Source: Tubulanus polymorphus (Eukaryota > Animalia > Nemertea). From it: DNA of 64,000 nucleotides. Under the pieces are notes generated by a model. That model was given only the letters and a program-made list of their open reading frames with translations, was not told where the DNA came from and ran no database searches. Location: contig NC_134031.1 of assembly GCF_964204645.1 (NCBI RefSeq), forward strand, positions 2,852,001-2,916,000, in the 5' to 3' direction. Positions 37,601-50,955 of the stretch are shown piece after piece. The stretch's first letter is position 1; each line of letters opens with the position of its first letter. Both the position numbers and the translations under genes were made by a program.

Positions 37601-40600
37601 ATTATGATCAGTGAATTCAATAATTAAGACTCGTCTATCGTCAAATCGTTTGTTCATGAATCGCCTTCTATTTCAGCGCATAAAGTGAAATCTAAATTCG
37701 ACGATCAAAGCGAAAACGAATCGCTTCACGAAGGTGAAATAGTCGCGACGCCGGAACAAAGCGACGACGATCACAACGAGTACGACGTTCAGGAAACTCC
37801 GCCGCAATCACCCGTCGAACTCGAGGATCAACTGCCTCCGTATTTCCCGGCTATACAGGGCTGTCGCAGCGTCGAAGAGTTTCACTGTTTGAATCGAATC
37901 GAAGAGGGAACGTACGGCGTTGTTTACCGAGCCAGGGATAAAAAAACAGGTACTCTGTTATTACATGTTCCGTGTAACTTTTTAATTCCTTAAAAATTCC
38001 TTCTAAACAGAAAATATTTATAGACGAGGCGCTTGAAATTTTTTTGATTTTAGCAAAATACCCAAAACTCCTTTAAAACTTCTTGAATTTTAAGAAATAG
38101 GCAATTAGAAATTGGAAATTTGTCTAGTTAGTAGTTGTATAGTAGACTACACCTAAATCGGTAAAGTTGGGACCTGGATTTTTTTTTAAAACAAATTAGG
38201 CGGTTATTGAATTATAAATCCAAGTCTAGATAGTCACTACACTACTAGTGTAAGGATGATTTGTTAACAATACAACTGATTGGGATAAACCGTACCAATT
38301 TACGCGGACGGGGAGTCTAAAATAATTGGGATATGAAAGCGATGCTTACACTTTCTCGAAATTTGAAATTCTCTCCTTGAAATCTCCTTATATCCAGGAA
38401 TGACTGATCAGTGGGAACCTCGTATTAATTCTGATGGATAATATTTATCAGACTGCACTTGAGTCAAATATATATTAAACCATTAAGATTTAATAGCTTG
38501 AAAGTGAAATTTAGAATTGATTGAAATTGACTGTTTCGATAGAATATTCAGTGATCCTTGAAATGTGTAGGCGGTACCGGTATTTTCATTTAGAATTAAT
38601 CGACAAATTTTTTCCAAAACTTCTGGCTTTGTCCGACACTCGTTGACTCATTCTGATTATTTCCCATTTGAGCGACATTTAAAAAATAGATGTGGTTGAA
38701 CATTGCTATGAGTGATATTAAAGCATTGAGATTGTATGCGTTTGCAGATGAAATAGTCGCGCTGAAAAGGTTAAAGATGGAAAAAGAGAAAGAAGGTTTT
38801 CCGATTACGTCTCTTCGAGAAATCAACACGCTTTTAAAAGCCCAACATCCGAATATAGTCACTGTCAGGGTACGACTATAAATATTTGTTAACTGTCTGT
38901 GTATTTCAATGGATAGGGTTAGATATTTAGTGCCAGGACAATTCGAAAATATATCATTACTACTATAATATTTATCTTTCAACAGAAAAAGTTTTACGTG
39001 TATTTCATGTAAAAATGTATTACATGAACTTACTGAAAAATTAATGAAAAATTTGAAGGTTCCAAAATTGTTTAGCTTCAAATGTTCACCAATTTTGATG
39101 CAGTCTCAAGTGAATTCGAGAAGATTTTTCAATGATAACCGGATTTTAAATCTAAACATTTTTTCCGTTGCAGGAAATTGTTGTTGGTAGTAACATGGAT
39201 AAGATATATATCGTAATGGACTATGTTGAACACGATTTGAAAGCTTTAATGGAGACGATGAAACAACCGTTTTTAGTCGGTAAAGTAGTATAACATGTGT
39301 TTCATTTCACAATTCATTCTTCGCGTTTAAAACCTGGGCTCATTCGAAGCCTAAAAATTAATTATTGAATTGTACCTTAAAAAATGGCTTAAAATCGTTT
39401 TGAAAAACCTAAACTGTACATTCTATTTAGGCAGATTTTGTGTTGGTTTTTTGATATTGTCTGTTTTTCCCAGGTGAAGTAAAAACGTTAATGATTCAGT
39501 TGGTTCGCGCGGTTCAACACCTTCACGATAACTGGATTTTACACCGCGACTTAAAAACATCGAATCTGCTTCTCAGCCATAAAGGAATATTGAAGGCAAG
39601 TTTTGATTTCATGTTTTCATTTGTTCAGCGATCATTCCTTCATTATTCATTGCTGGTACAGCTGAAATGCGACCCCAACGTGATCGAGTAATAAGGAATA
39701 TACTGTTCATGTATGGAGCACGTAAATTTGCATGGCACGTCGTAATTCTTGATATCTTTTTTTAAAAATGCCAAACGAAGGTGGGAGATTTCGGACTAGC
39801 GCGTGAGTACGGGTCACCGTTGAAGCACTATACGCCGGTAGTCGTCACGTTGTGGTACAGAGCGCCGGAACTCCTGCTCGGAACGAAGGAATACTCGACA
39901 CCCGTCGATCTCTGGTCGGTCGGTTGTATATTCGCCGAGTTCCTCACGATGAAACCGCTGTTCCCCGGACAATCGGAAATCGACGAGCTCAATCGCATTT
40001 TTAAGGTAATGGCAATATTTGTAGGATCTCGTGAGGAAATGATCAAACCTCAACAGTAAGGGATTTAAGGGTCATTTTGATAGCCTATGGAGGGGCAGGC
40101 TATTCATTTACTCTACTTACCATCCCTGGATTGTTTTTTGGAACAATTTCCCTGTCGACTTAGTTACCTAATCGTTGCTGGTTAGCTTTCATGATCGAAT
40201 GGTTTAAACTATGAAAATTTCTTGTTGTGTGGTAGCGAACTTTCTGAAATCATCTGAAGCAGATTCTACGTCACTCATTTTTCACGTCTCTTTCATTCTA
40301 TTTGATTTCTCGCGACTGTATTGTAGGATCTCGGCACGCCGAGCGAGAAGATCTGGCCCGGAGTGACAGAATTATCCGGCTGGAAGAAATGCACGTTCAC
40401 GGAATATCCGTACAACACGCTGCGAAACAGATTCGGTCCCTATCTGACCGACGCCGGATTCGAAATGCTGAATAGGTAAATAACAAGCAGCCACTCACTG
40501 TCATCTTCACCCGTCAAGGGATTCGAACCCACTACGCTAAAGCTGTTCCCCGAACCCCTTGACCTCACGAGTCGTTGGAGTCGTTACTAGCCGACCAGAA

Positions 40601-42377
40601 TCCGGTCGTACCAATCACAGCGCTTGTAACAAACCGACAGTAGACTTCTGTTGGTTTTCCCGTTAAATGGACCAATCAGCGAACGTTTTACCGAACAAGG
40701 AAGTATTTCGCAAATCGATATATGACGTCACGCGCAACAGCGCCAGTAATGAAATCACGCTTCGTGAGGCCAGGGGGCTGGTGGAAGCGAGTTCGGGAGT
40801 GATACTGGACCCCTGGCAAGCGAGGATGCTCACTGTAGGCTAATAACTGTATACCTTGAAACTGCGAAGTCTTTATGATGCAAATTTAGATGATGCAAAG
40901 TTTGGCCGATTTATGTACCTATGGAGAAGTGGCCCTTTCCGTTTTCCTGAGCAAAACTAAGAAACTCTGCAGCCACTAGGATTCAAACTCATACCAGAAA
41001 GATATTCTAAGTTTCTATTATACCTGCAGGAAGGGATTTAGGGGGTGGTCTCAGGGGTCCGGACTGCCTTCCGATTTTTCTGCAAATTTGATACTCATCA
41101 TCTGGTAAATTATGAGCTATTCTTTTGCGTGTTCGCAGGTTTTTGACGTACAACCCTAAAAAGCGTATCACAAGCGAGGAAGCGTTGAAACACGAGTATT
41201 TCACCGAGGCTCCGCTGCCCGTCGACCCGTCGATGTTCCCGACGTGGCCCGCGAAAAGTGAGATGTCATCGACGCGAAAACACATCAGCAGTCCGAAACC
41301 GCCATCTGGTGGCAAAGCATATGCAAAATTACTGGTGAGTCTTTAGTTTATCTGATCACGGAAGGTTTTATAAACCGTAGATGGATATCAGTTTGATCCC
41401 GGATGTACCAGCACCCACATTGTAGACATCGTGCATCTCTCGTGTTGAAAATTCTTGTTTCAGCCATACCTGCTTAATCCGCCTGATTATGATCTTATCC
41501 GGGCATTATTCATAGTCTACCTATAAAAAAATCTATGTGAACGCTGTTATGTCTAGAATTCTCTAAAACTGGGTTAAGTACAATTTTGAAGCTAGTCTAC
41601 CTAACTACGTTCATGAGTTACCATTGCCTATTACGAGATACCTGCTGTGTCATGTTTCTTGTGTCTGCTATCATTGCCACTATGAGATACCCGCTGTCTC
41701 ATGTTTCTTGCGTCTGCTATCATTGCCACTATGAGATACCCGCTGTCTCATGTTTCTTGTGTCTGCTATCATTGCCACTACGAGATACCCGCTGTCTCAT
41801 GTTTCTTGCGTCTGCTATCATTGCCACTACGAGATACCCGCTGTCTCATGTTTCTTGCGTCTGCTATCATTGCCACTATGAGATACCCGCTATCTCATGT
41901 TTCTTGCGTCTGCTATCATTGCCACTATGAGATACCCGCTATCTCATGTTTCTTGCGTCTGCTATCATTACCGCTATGAGATATCTCGTAGTTCCAGTTC
42001 TGCCGTCAGTTTTCTCATAGCCGATCCTTCTTATTCACTGTTTGATATTTGCTCTCACTCTCGCAATTTGAATGACACAGTTCCTGATACCCATCGCTTA
42101 GTCGGTTCATTTTGAACAATGGCTATAGCTCCAATGCCAACTTAGGATATAACTCGTAGTAGCTGCCGGGGACAGCACTGTTTTATCATGGTTGCATCAA
42201 ACGTGTCAAAGCATGTATAGAATTTGCTATTTTTCTAATTCTGTTGGAAATTAAACGGCAGATTTCATTTTGATCTATTTTTAGGGAGATGATGATGTTT
42301 TCGGTGGTTTCCACATGAGTAACGCTGCTCGTCAGGGCGTGTCTGCATCCGGTCCGGGATTTAGTTTGAAGTTCTAG
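34639..42377 (+). CDS. CDK11: Cyclin-dependent kinase 11 (PITSLRE), multi-exon
   Basis: RE/RD-rich and acidic N-terminus; [24 protein letters not shown]; [20 protein letters not shown]; [11 protein letters not shown]; [12 protein letters not shown]; [12 protein letters not shown]; C-terminal GPGFSLKF* (stop 42375-42377). Confidence 0.96.
40502..40828. mobile_element. Non-autonomous repeat with imperfect TIRs (CATC.TC.C..G.CA.GGG) and an internal inverted-repeat segment; shorter related copy at ~31061-31149
   Basis: Both ends of this element align in reverse orientation to 31061-31149, which lacks the ~240-bp middle. Confidence 0.6.
41634..41980. repeat. 49-bp minisatellite, ~7 copies, in the last CDK11 intron
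   Basis: GAGATACCCGCTGTCTCATGTTTCTTGCGTCTGCTATCATTGCCACTAT in tandem. Confidence 0.95.
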
Positions 42378-43097
42378 GCTGCTCATAAACGAATAATTTT
42401 TCTGAACTTTCTTGTACCATACGTTAGAAATTCCCACAGCAAAGTAGAAGTGCGTTCTACGTATATTATGTACAATGGCTTTGTATTATTTGTATGAAAA
42501 AATCATGTGAAAACTGCATTTCTGTAAATAAAAAATATGTATTATATTTTAATCATGCAATCTCTGGTTTTTCTGGATGATCTTTGAATTGAAAAATTCT
42601 ATTGGCACAGTTTGTGGTTCTTTTCTTTAACGTATCACTCGTTTCGCGCGTCACGTCTAAAACACTGTTATTTACGCTTGGAGAAGATTAGGTCATCCAT
42701 GGACGAGATAAATTGCTCGCTACGTCGTAAGATCGGTCGACTGTGACGTTTTTCAGGTAGCCGCTCGATGACGACATAACATATCGCAGCGGTCTCCTCT
42801 CGATCAAAGCCACCATTTCGACCAAGCCCCCTGGGGCTTAGATATTTAGAATATGTAAGAAAATATACCATTATATTTATCATTCTTCGAGGATTTTGTA
42901 CGCGTTCAAGTTAATATCGAATTCTAAGAAATATTCTGATTTTGAAACACAGCAAAATTAATGCTGAAATCGAGTAATGAGTTCCGCGAGATAATTTTGG
43001 ACGAAAAGTTCATTTTATTTATCAATATTTTTACAAGAAATGGTCTTTATGACTAAATGCTATTTTTCACTTGGATGCATTTAGTCTGAGGACTTCC

Positions 43098-43667
43098 CTA
43101 CACGTAACATTCAATGCAGCCCTTGTCCTGACAGGACCGCACCGCGCTTTGTCGCAATACGTCTGCCGGATTGACCGTGTGTTGACCTTGGAAACACAAT
43201 CCCGCGTAGTAAGAATTCACGTTTTCGTCGTAGAAAAACATTTGTGGCAGTTTGAATTTCGTATTGCACGCTTCGCACATGAAAATCGCCTCGGAATCGG
43301 TGGATAGAACTTTAACGACTTTTTCATTCGGGTGCATCAGAACGCAATTCGATTTCAGTTTCGGGTTGAACTGTTTATGACAGCGGACGCAATGAGCGGC
43401 ATCGTCTGCCGGGAACTTCTGTCTGGGAAGGATTGTGCTCATGGCCACGATCAGTTTCGGATCTTTCGTCTGTAAACGCAGAAGTAACGTCTCTTTCAAC
43501 GCACCGGCGTCGAAGGTTTCTAAAATGCGCAATAGTCTGACGAATTCATTGCTCAAATGCGCGAATTTGATGAAGTTCCTCTCCTCGGATTGTCCACCGA
43601 AAGTTGCCGCGAGAGAACTTTGACTGGTGCCGCTGCTTTGACTGCTCAGATCCGACGAAGCCGACAT
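43098..43667 (-). CDS. Uncharacterised 189-aa protein with a Cys/His-rich, probably zinc-binding C-terminal domain
   Basis: Coding-like ORF just after an acceptor (tttctag|tttaagcATG). Motifs CVRCH...C..H, CEAC, CFQGQH, SCQDKGC. Confidence 0.65.
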   Translation of the reverse strand: MSASSDLSSQSSGTSQSSLAATFGGQSEERNFIKFAHLSNEFVRLLRILETFDAGALKETLLLRLQTKDPKLIVAMSTILPRQKFPADDAAHCVRCHKQFNPKLKSNCVLMHPNEKVVKVLSTDSEAIFMCEACNTKFKLPQMFFYDENVNSYYAGLCFQGQHTVNPADVLRQSAVRSCQDKGCIECYV

Positions 43668-45641
43668 GCTTAAACTAGAAAATTGAGATATTGCATTAAT
43701 GGATAGACAGAAATTGGAATTTTTTTATTATTATAAACTAACCGGTACTTACCGTACCTAACTTTGAATGATCCTTTTCCGCGGACTCAGACACCCGTTT
43801 GATAAACCCTAGAGAAGAATGCGCATTGAATACGTAACTAATAAGTGAAATTTACATATAATGAATGGAAGGTTATCGCTTAATCGAGGCCTGCCACTAG
43901 TTTGTCAATTATATAGGACTAATTGGTAGCTTGGTAATCTTTATCCGAAAAATGGCAGTTATACATTTTACATCTAAGTTTCTAGATATCATAATGGTAT
44001 ATGATATGTATGTAGGCTGCGCAGGACACTTAGAAACCCACAGCAATACAATTTGAGCATTGAACCCGATCTTTTCTTCTACCTGGAGTCACATTCAATA
44101 TATACATGAAAACGTTTTGTCGAGTTACGCGCGGTATCTTTTAAAAGTTCTATTCGAATTAAACGGAGGCATTATAGAATAGAATACACGATTATATCAA
44201 ACCGACGCTTTCTAATTATATGATCTAACCCCGAGACTCGTCGTCGTTTGAATAGTTGAACAAGACTGACAACATTTTGAATAAAAATCACATATTGTAA
44301 ACGCTTCATTGAAAATAGGCTGTGGTCGAATACAACAGTCGTTCTGGTACAGATAGATCATTGAACAGAATAATAGAATGGGGGCATCTATACCCATATA
44401 CCTTATTGTCGTAGACCTGAAGCCTCTACCTAATACAATCCGTAAAACATAGATATATTAAAGATATGAATGAAATACTGAAATTCTACACAGGCAGCAT
44501 ACACACCGTTATAATATGATCGATTATCATGCAACCCAATTATTTATAACATACCTATCTGTAATTTATAAAAGCAGCTTAATACAATTAATAAGAATCT
44601 CAGATGAGTTGATATCCTAGAAATTTACTCGTATTACCGAAAATTCCCTCGATATAACGCGATGCACACCTCGAACTCCCCCGCGCAGCTACTATCGCCG
44701 TACTGAGTCGTAACCCTAAATGCTGCTACATGCAGCGTATGACTTTCAGCATCGATCCAACACCTGACTGCCATTCAATTAAATATACTGATTACAAAGC
44801 TAAACCTAAGCGAAAAACCGATATTCCATTCAACCCCGTATGAAAGTAAAACATCCCGCGTGAATCGCTAGTTCTTGGAGGCGAAATCCTCTCTGCGTAG
44901 AAACGCATTTTCGTATATTACACGTATATATTTTTGAATATGCTCGAAATACCTGTTCAGTCCGTCTGCGTCGACTTCGAATGCCATAAAGAGGCTCGAA
45001 AATTTCATGAACAAAAAAATGTAACAATACAAAACAATAACGAACGCCATTCGCAGATGATCACGATGACCCTTGAACACGGGCAACGTGCGGGAGAGTT
45101 GTGGAATTTTTTCCGACAACGAACGAGAAGTCAAACACAAAGAATAACTTAATTTGTTACACGTACCACAACATTATGATACATATATTTTTAACGAATG
45201 TATATTCATTGAAATATTTCTCGAAATGAAAATACCGACTTTCCGGTGGTACAACATGAATAGAGTAATGTTTTTTTTTTTCATGAAGGAATTTCCGACA
45301 CAATCACTAACATTTAATTTCATTTTATACGACGAATAGAATATGTAACAATGTTAAGGCTAAAAAAAATTGATACCTTGTTTCTCCGCTCTGCTGAGCT
45401 TAAATGTTGACCCGGCCGGCCGCCTATCTACCCTATACATTACTTTTTTTAAAAATCGTGATCAATTTTACCATAACAGACCCGGCCGCTATAGAAATGA
45501 ACTGTTTACAAATTTTATAATATTTTACAAAAATGACCCGGCCGCTGTGGAGAAACAAGGTATCATTTTTGTTTAGCCTAACTTTTCATTATTATTTTAG
45601 CATCAAGAGTGTAAAGAACGTTTTTAAAATCATATAATTAC

Positions 45642-46586
45642 TCATGATTCCCGACTTATTGTGCTAGGTCCTTGTTCCTTTCGTAAGCAACAGCCGCACA
45701 CGGCGATCAGCTCTCCTCTGAACATCCGTCCGGTAAGACAGTACAGCCAGAAATTGATGGCATAATTTACGTACATCAACATGGCTGAAATAGCGTGGAC
45801 CAGAATCGAAATCTGTTCGCCTAATTGTAGCGATACGCTGAACGGAAATGACGTCACAAAGAAAGTAAAATTTGTCATCACGAGCATTAACGTGATGCTG
45901 TTGGTGACTGGTTTTTTCGAGGTGTTGTTGACGGCTGATGTCTGGGTTTGTCTGCGAGATTCGGCTCGTTTTAGAAAGTAAATGATGACGGCGTTACAGA
46001 TGAGAAGTACCGCGAATGGCGCTGCACTGGCTATAACTAGATCTATATTCAACCAATACCGGCTCCAGAAAACTGAATAGACTCCTTCACGTTCGCGGCA
46101 GAAGCCATCTTGGGTGGTACGTATTCCATAAAGAATATGCGAGTTGATGGCGAATACTAGAAAAATGACCAATAAAGAAGCGTAGATCATTCGTTTTCGG
46201 GAGCAGATTATTTTAGCGCGCATCGGAGCGACGACCGATACGCATCTTTCGATCGTGATCAAAACCAACATCCAAGGCGAAGCGTGCGCGAAGAAATGAG
46301 TAATAAATGTGTGCGCCACGCACACTATCGAGTTCCCATCACGAAAGTCGAATCTCAAACAATAATAGAAGATGGTCCAATGCCTCGCCAGACCAGTAGT
46401 TAGAAGTCCTGAGTCTGAAACTGATAAACAAATGAACAACCAAGCGTAGCTTTTATAACGAAGCCGTTTACCGCTGAATGTTATGATTATCAACGTATTT
46501 CCAACTAAACCGAATAAAAACACAAACGGCGCCCCATAAACTACGATCATCCTACCAATCTCATCAACTGCAGTTAATCCGTACAT
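45642..46586 (-). CDS. Class A (rhodopsin-type) orphan GPCR, FMRFamide-receptor/GPR139-like expanded clade, copy 1
   Basis: 7 hydrophobic segments; GLVGN (TM1), LSVSD (TM2), ERC (TM3), P in TM5/TM6, NYAINFWLY (TM7); intronless ORF. Confidence 0.9.
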   Translation of the reverse strand: MYGLTAVDEIGRMIVVYGAPFVFLFGLVGNTLIIITFSGKRLRYKSYAWLFICLSVSDSGLLTTGLARHWTIFYYCLRFDFRDGNSIVCVAHTFITHFFAHASPWMLVLITIERCVSVVAPMRAKIICSRKRMIYASLLVIFLVFAINSHILYGIRTTQDGFCREREGVYSVFWSRYWLNIDLVIASAAPFAVLLICNAVIIYFLKRAESRRQTQTSAVNNTSKKPVTNSITLMLVMTNFTFFVTSFPFSVSLQLGEQISILVHAISAMLMYVNYAINFWLYCLTGRMFRGELIAVCGCCLRKEQGPSTISRES

Positions 46587-47119
46587 TCTTTGCGCGGTTG
46601 ATATTCGTCGCTGCGTAGATTTTAATCGGACGATAACAAAATTGATATTTCAAATCGAATAAGACTAAGACGAAGGTCCTGCTCTTTCTGATCGTCTGTC
46701 GATGTGACAATCTCGTATAAACTTTCGATGCAATAACACTGTCATTGCCCTTTGACGACGCCCTTTGTGATGATATATCACTCCCATGTCTCCAGTTCAT
46801 GAAGCTTTTTCGAAGTTTGTTTTTGTATATATGAATTTATGATCGTCATCGATGCAATATGATTAATTGATTTACCGTTAAATTCTTGTCAACGAATAAA
46901 CATTGGTCCCAGAAAATCGGGCGGTAATTCTAATCTCCGGTATACATCTGCTGAAAAGTAATCATTTTCACAATTTCCATGTTTTATTCATCGAAGACGA
47001 ATCTCCGAAAGGTCGAGATATCTACGTGTGTTGTTATATTCAACTTTTGTCTATTTCATCGTTGTATCCGAAAAAGCACATAATCATGTGTTTCATTCAT
47101 AATCGTTCGTTGAATTCTG

Positions 47120-48085
47120 CTAGTTCTGGGGACTTGTAGTATTGTAAGCAGTGGGCTCCTCCTGATCCTTTCGGTGGCGACAGTCGCAACATGGACGTCT
47201 ACGGCAATCACTGCACAATTCGATCAACTCTTCTCTGAACATTCTTCCGGTGAAACAGTACAGCCAGAAATTGATGGCATAATTTACGTACATCAACATG
47301 GCTGAAATAACGTGGACCAGAATCGAAGCAGGTCTTAGTATTATGACTACGGTAAACGGGAATGACGTAACAAAGAATGTGAAATTCGTCGTCACGAGCA
47401 TTAACGTGATGTTGTTGGTGACGGCTGATGTCTGGGTTTGTCTGCGAGATTCGGCTCGTTTTAGAAAGTAGATGATGACGGCGTTACAGATGAGAAGTAC
47501 CGCGAATGGCGCTGCACTGGCTATTACTAGATGGATGGTCAACCAATACCGGCTCCAGAAATCTAAATAAACCCCTTCACGTTCGCGACAGAAGCCATCT
47601 TGGGTGATACGCATTCCATAAAACATATGCGAGTTGATGGCAAATACTAGAAAAATGACCAATAAAGAAGCGTAGATCATTCGTTTTCGGGAGCAGATTA
47701 TTTTAGCGCGCATCGGAGCGACGACCGATACGCATCTTTCCATCGTGATCAAAACCAACATCCAAGGCGAAGCGTGCGCGAAGAAATGAGCAAGGAATAG
47801 AAACGCCACGCACAATACCGAGTTTCCACCGCGGAAATCGTATTCAGAACGGTAATAGTAGTTGGTCCATCGAACAACTAAATCAATGGATAAAAGTCCT
47901 GAGTCTGAAACTGATAAACAAATGAACAACCAAGCGTAGCTTTTATAACGAAGTCGTTTACCGCTGAATGTTGTGATTATCAACGTATTTCCAACTAAAC
48001 CGAATAATAACACAAACGGCGCTCCATAAACTACGATCATCCTACCAATCTCATCAGCTGCAGTTGAATTGGTCATTTTCTCCAA
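47120..48085 (-). CDS. Class A orphan GPCR, copy 2
   Basis: Paralogue of copy 1 with the same motifs. Confidence 0.9.
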   Translation of the reverse strand: MEKMTNSTAADEIGRMIVVYGAPFVLLFGLVGNTLIITTFSGKRLRYKSYAWLFICLSVSDSGLLSIDLVVRWTNYYYRSEYDFRGGNSVLCVAFLFLAHFFAHASPWMLVLITMERCVSVVAPMRAKIICSRKRMIYASLLVIFLVFAINSHMFYGMRITQDGFCREREGVYLDFWSRYWLTIHLVIASAAPFAVLLICNAVIIYFLKRAESRRQTQTSAVTNNITLMLVTTNFTFFVTSFPFTVVIILRPASILVHVISAMLMYVNYAINFWLYCFTGRMFREELIELCSDCRRRPCCDCRHRKDQEEPTAYNTTSPQN

Positions 48086-48570
48086 GCGGTTGATATTCGT
48101 ACCTTCGTGGGTGTTTAATACAACACGTTATTCACACTTTTAAAGGTCCTACTTGTTCTGAAGTCACACTCTCGTCTGTCGATTTACTGCAATCCCGTAT
48201 AAACTTTCAATGAAATAATCAAGTTATAGTCTTTCGATGACATAGTATTCCCAGTCCTCCATTTGAAAATGAATTTTCACTTTTAATTTTGTATATATCT
48301 GTACGTTTTCAAATATATCTGACTTTATTTTAGTTCTTAGTTCAATAGTATTCCCAGTCCTCCATTTGATATAATGAATTTTCAAGAATTTTTTTTATAG
48401 AGTTTTTGATCGTTAATGTAACAACATGAAACTAATTTTCATTTTGTACATCTTAACCTATTCGAATATAACCGAATTTTATTTAGTTTATAGCTCACCA
48501 TGTTTACGAAAAATAAGACATTTAATCAAGTGTTTTTACATAATGTTTTAAAATCGTAGATTGGATTTTA

Positions 48571-49519
48571 CTAGTTCTGAAATCACGACATTATAAACAG
48601 TGGTCTCCTCCCGCTCCTTTCAGTGGCAACAGTCGCAACATGGGCGTCTGACGTGCACGGCCGCGCAATTCGATCAACTCTTCTCTGAACTTCCGTCCGG
48701 AAAGACAGTACAGCCAGAAATTGATGGCATAATTTACGTACACCAACATTGCTAAAATAGCGTAGACCAGAATCGGAACCTGTACACTTAATTGTAGACC
48801 CACAGTAAACAGGACGACGTGACGAAGAACATGAAATTTGTCGTCACAAGCATTAATGTAATGCTGTTGGTGACTAGTTTTCTGGATGTGCTTGTGACGG
48901 CTGATGTCTCTGTTTGTCTGTGAGACTCGGCTCGTTTTAGAAAGTAAATGATGGCGGTGTTACAGATGAGAAGCACCGCGAATGGCGCTGCACTGGCTAT
49001 AACTAGATCTATATTCAACCAATACCGGGTACAGAAAACGGAATAGCCGCTTTGCGTAACACGTATATAAATATATGTGAGTTGATGGCAAATACTAGAA
49101 AAATGACCAATAAAGAAGCGTAGATCATTCGTTTTCGGGAACAGATTATTTTAGCGCGCATCGGAGCGACGACCGATACGCATCTTTCGATCGTGATCAA
49201 AACCAGCATCCAGGGTGAAGCGTGCGCGAGACCAAAAAAATGTGAGCTCCACGCACACTATCGAGTTCTCGCCGCGAAAATCGTATTTCCAACGATGATA
49301 GAATGCGGCCCATCGAGCAACTAGATCAGTAGATAAAATTCCTGAGTTTTAAACTGATAAACAAATGAACAACCAAGCGTAGCTTTTATAACGAAGTCGT
49401 TTACCGCTGAATGTTACGATTATCAACGTATTTCCAACTAAACCGAATAATAACACAAACGGTGCCCCATAAACTACGACCATTATCCCTATTTCATCAA
49501 CTGCATTTAATTCGGACAT
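48571..49519 (-). pseudogene. Class A orphan GPCR pseudogene, copy 3
   Basis: Nonsense codon in TM2 (TAA at 49349-49351). Deletions and frameshifts split it into ORF fragments 49349-49576, 49015-49209, 48788-49018 and 48591-48803. Confidence 0.85.
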
Positions 49520-49983
49520 TTTACTTCTAGCGGTTTGATATTCGTGGATTAATGAGTGTTTAATACGACACGTCATTCACTGATGTCTCACTCGTGTCTG
49601 CCGATTCCCGCAATCCCATGTAAACAGTTGCTGAAATAATAACTTCATAGTTATTCGATGACGGCCTCTATTCCCAGTCCCCCATTTGATAATGAATATT
49701 CAAGTTTTTTTGTAGAGTTATAATAGCTAGTGTAGCAACCTAAAAATAATTCATTGATCGTAAAATTGTTGTCAACGTGATTGGTCCCATAGAAAAGCAG
49801 GAATTCTAAGTTCCGGTACGAAACATAATTTGTTTCACAAATCATTCATCATTAATCGACGTTCATTCTCCGGATCGAGAAATAAAATATATCATAGTTT
49901 ATACGATTCTTACGGATGAAAATATACCGGATATTGATGTAGTCTGTCCGAAAAAGGCATAGATCACGTGTGTTAAGGATGTT

Positions 49984-50955
49984 TTAGAATCGTACGGAGG
50001 ATTCTCCTAGTTCTAGACTTGTAGTATTGTAAGCAGACGGTCCCCGATCTTTTTGGAAGCAACAGCCGCATAAAACGATCAGCTCTTCTCTGAACATTTT
50101 TCCGGTGAAACAGTACAGCCAGAAATTGATTGCGTAATTCACGTACATTAACATGGCTAGAATAGCGTGGACCAGAATCGGAACCTCTTCATCATCTAGT
50201 TGCAGGCACACGCTGAACGGAAATGACGTCACGAAGAAAATGAAATTCGTCGTCACGAGCATTAACGTGATGCTGTTGGTGACTGGTTTTTTCGAGGTGT
50301 TGTTGACGGCTGATGTCTCTGTTTGTCTGAGAGACTCGGCTCGTTTTAGAAAGTAAATGATGACGGCGTTACAGATGAGAAGTACCGCGAATGGCGCTGC
50401 ACTGGCTATAACTAGATCTATATTCAACCAATACCGGGTCCAGAAAACTGAATAGACTCCTTCACGTTCGTGGCAGAAGCCATCTTGGGTGATACGTATT
50501 CCATAAAACATATGCGAGTTGACGGCAAATACTAGAAAAATGACCAATGAAGAAGCGTAGATCATTCGTTTTCGGGAGCAGATTATTTTAGCGCGCATCG
50601 GAGCGACGACCGATACGCATCTTTCCATCGTGATCAAAACCAGCATCCAGGGTGAAGCGTGCGCGAAGAAATGAGTAAGGAATGTGTGCGCCACGCACAC
50701 TATCGAGTTCTCGCCGCGAAATTCGTAGTTCAAACGATAATAGAAAAAGGTCCATCGCCTCACAAGACTGGTGGCCATAAATCCCGAGTCAGAAACTGAT
50801 AAACAAATGAACAACCAAGCGTAGCTTTTATAACGAAGTCGTTTACCGCTGAATGTTATGATTATCAACGTATTTCCAACTAAACCGAATAAAAACACAA
50901 ACGGCGCCCCATAAACTACGACCATTATCCCTATTTCTTCGGTTGAGTTTTTCAT
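49984..50955 (-). CDS. Class A orphan GPCR, copy 4
   Basis: Paralogue with intact 7TM motifs. Confidence 0.9.
   Translation of the reverse strand: MKNSTEEIGIMVVVYGAPFVFLFGLVGNTLIIITFSGKRLRYKSYAWLFICLSVSDSGFMATSLVRRWTFFYYRLNYEFRGENSIVCVAHTFLTHFFAHASPWMLVLITMERCVSVVAPMRAKIICSRKRMIYASSLVIFLVFAVNSHMFYGIRITQDGFCHEREGVYSVFWTRYWLNIDLVIASAAPFAVLLICNAVIIYFLKRAESLRQTETSAVNNTSKKPVTNSITLMLVTTNFIFFVTSFPFSVCLQLDDEEVPILVHAILAMLMYVNYAINFWLYCFTGKMFREELIVLCGCCFQKDRGPSAYNTTSLELGESSVRF

Noticed and set aside
41586-42115. Repetitive ORFs / CRISPR-like periodicity
   Set aside because: A pure 49-bp tandem minisatellite in a eukaryotic intron, with no unique spacers and no cas genes; the ORFs are artefacts of the repeat.
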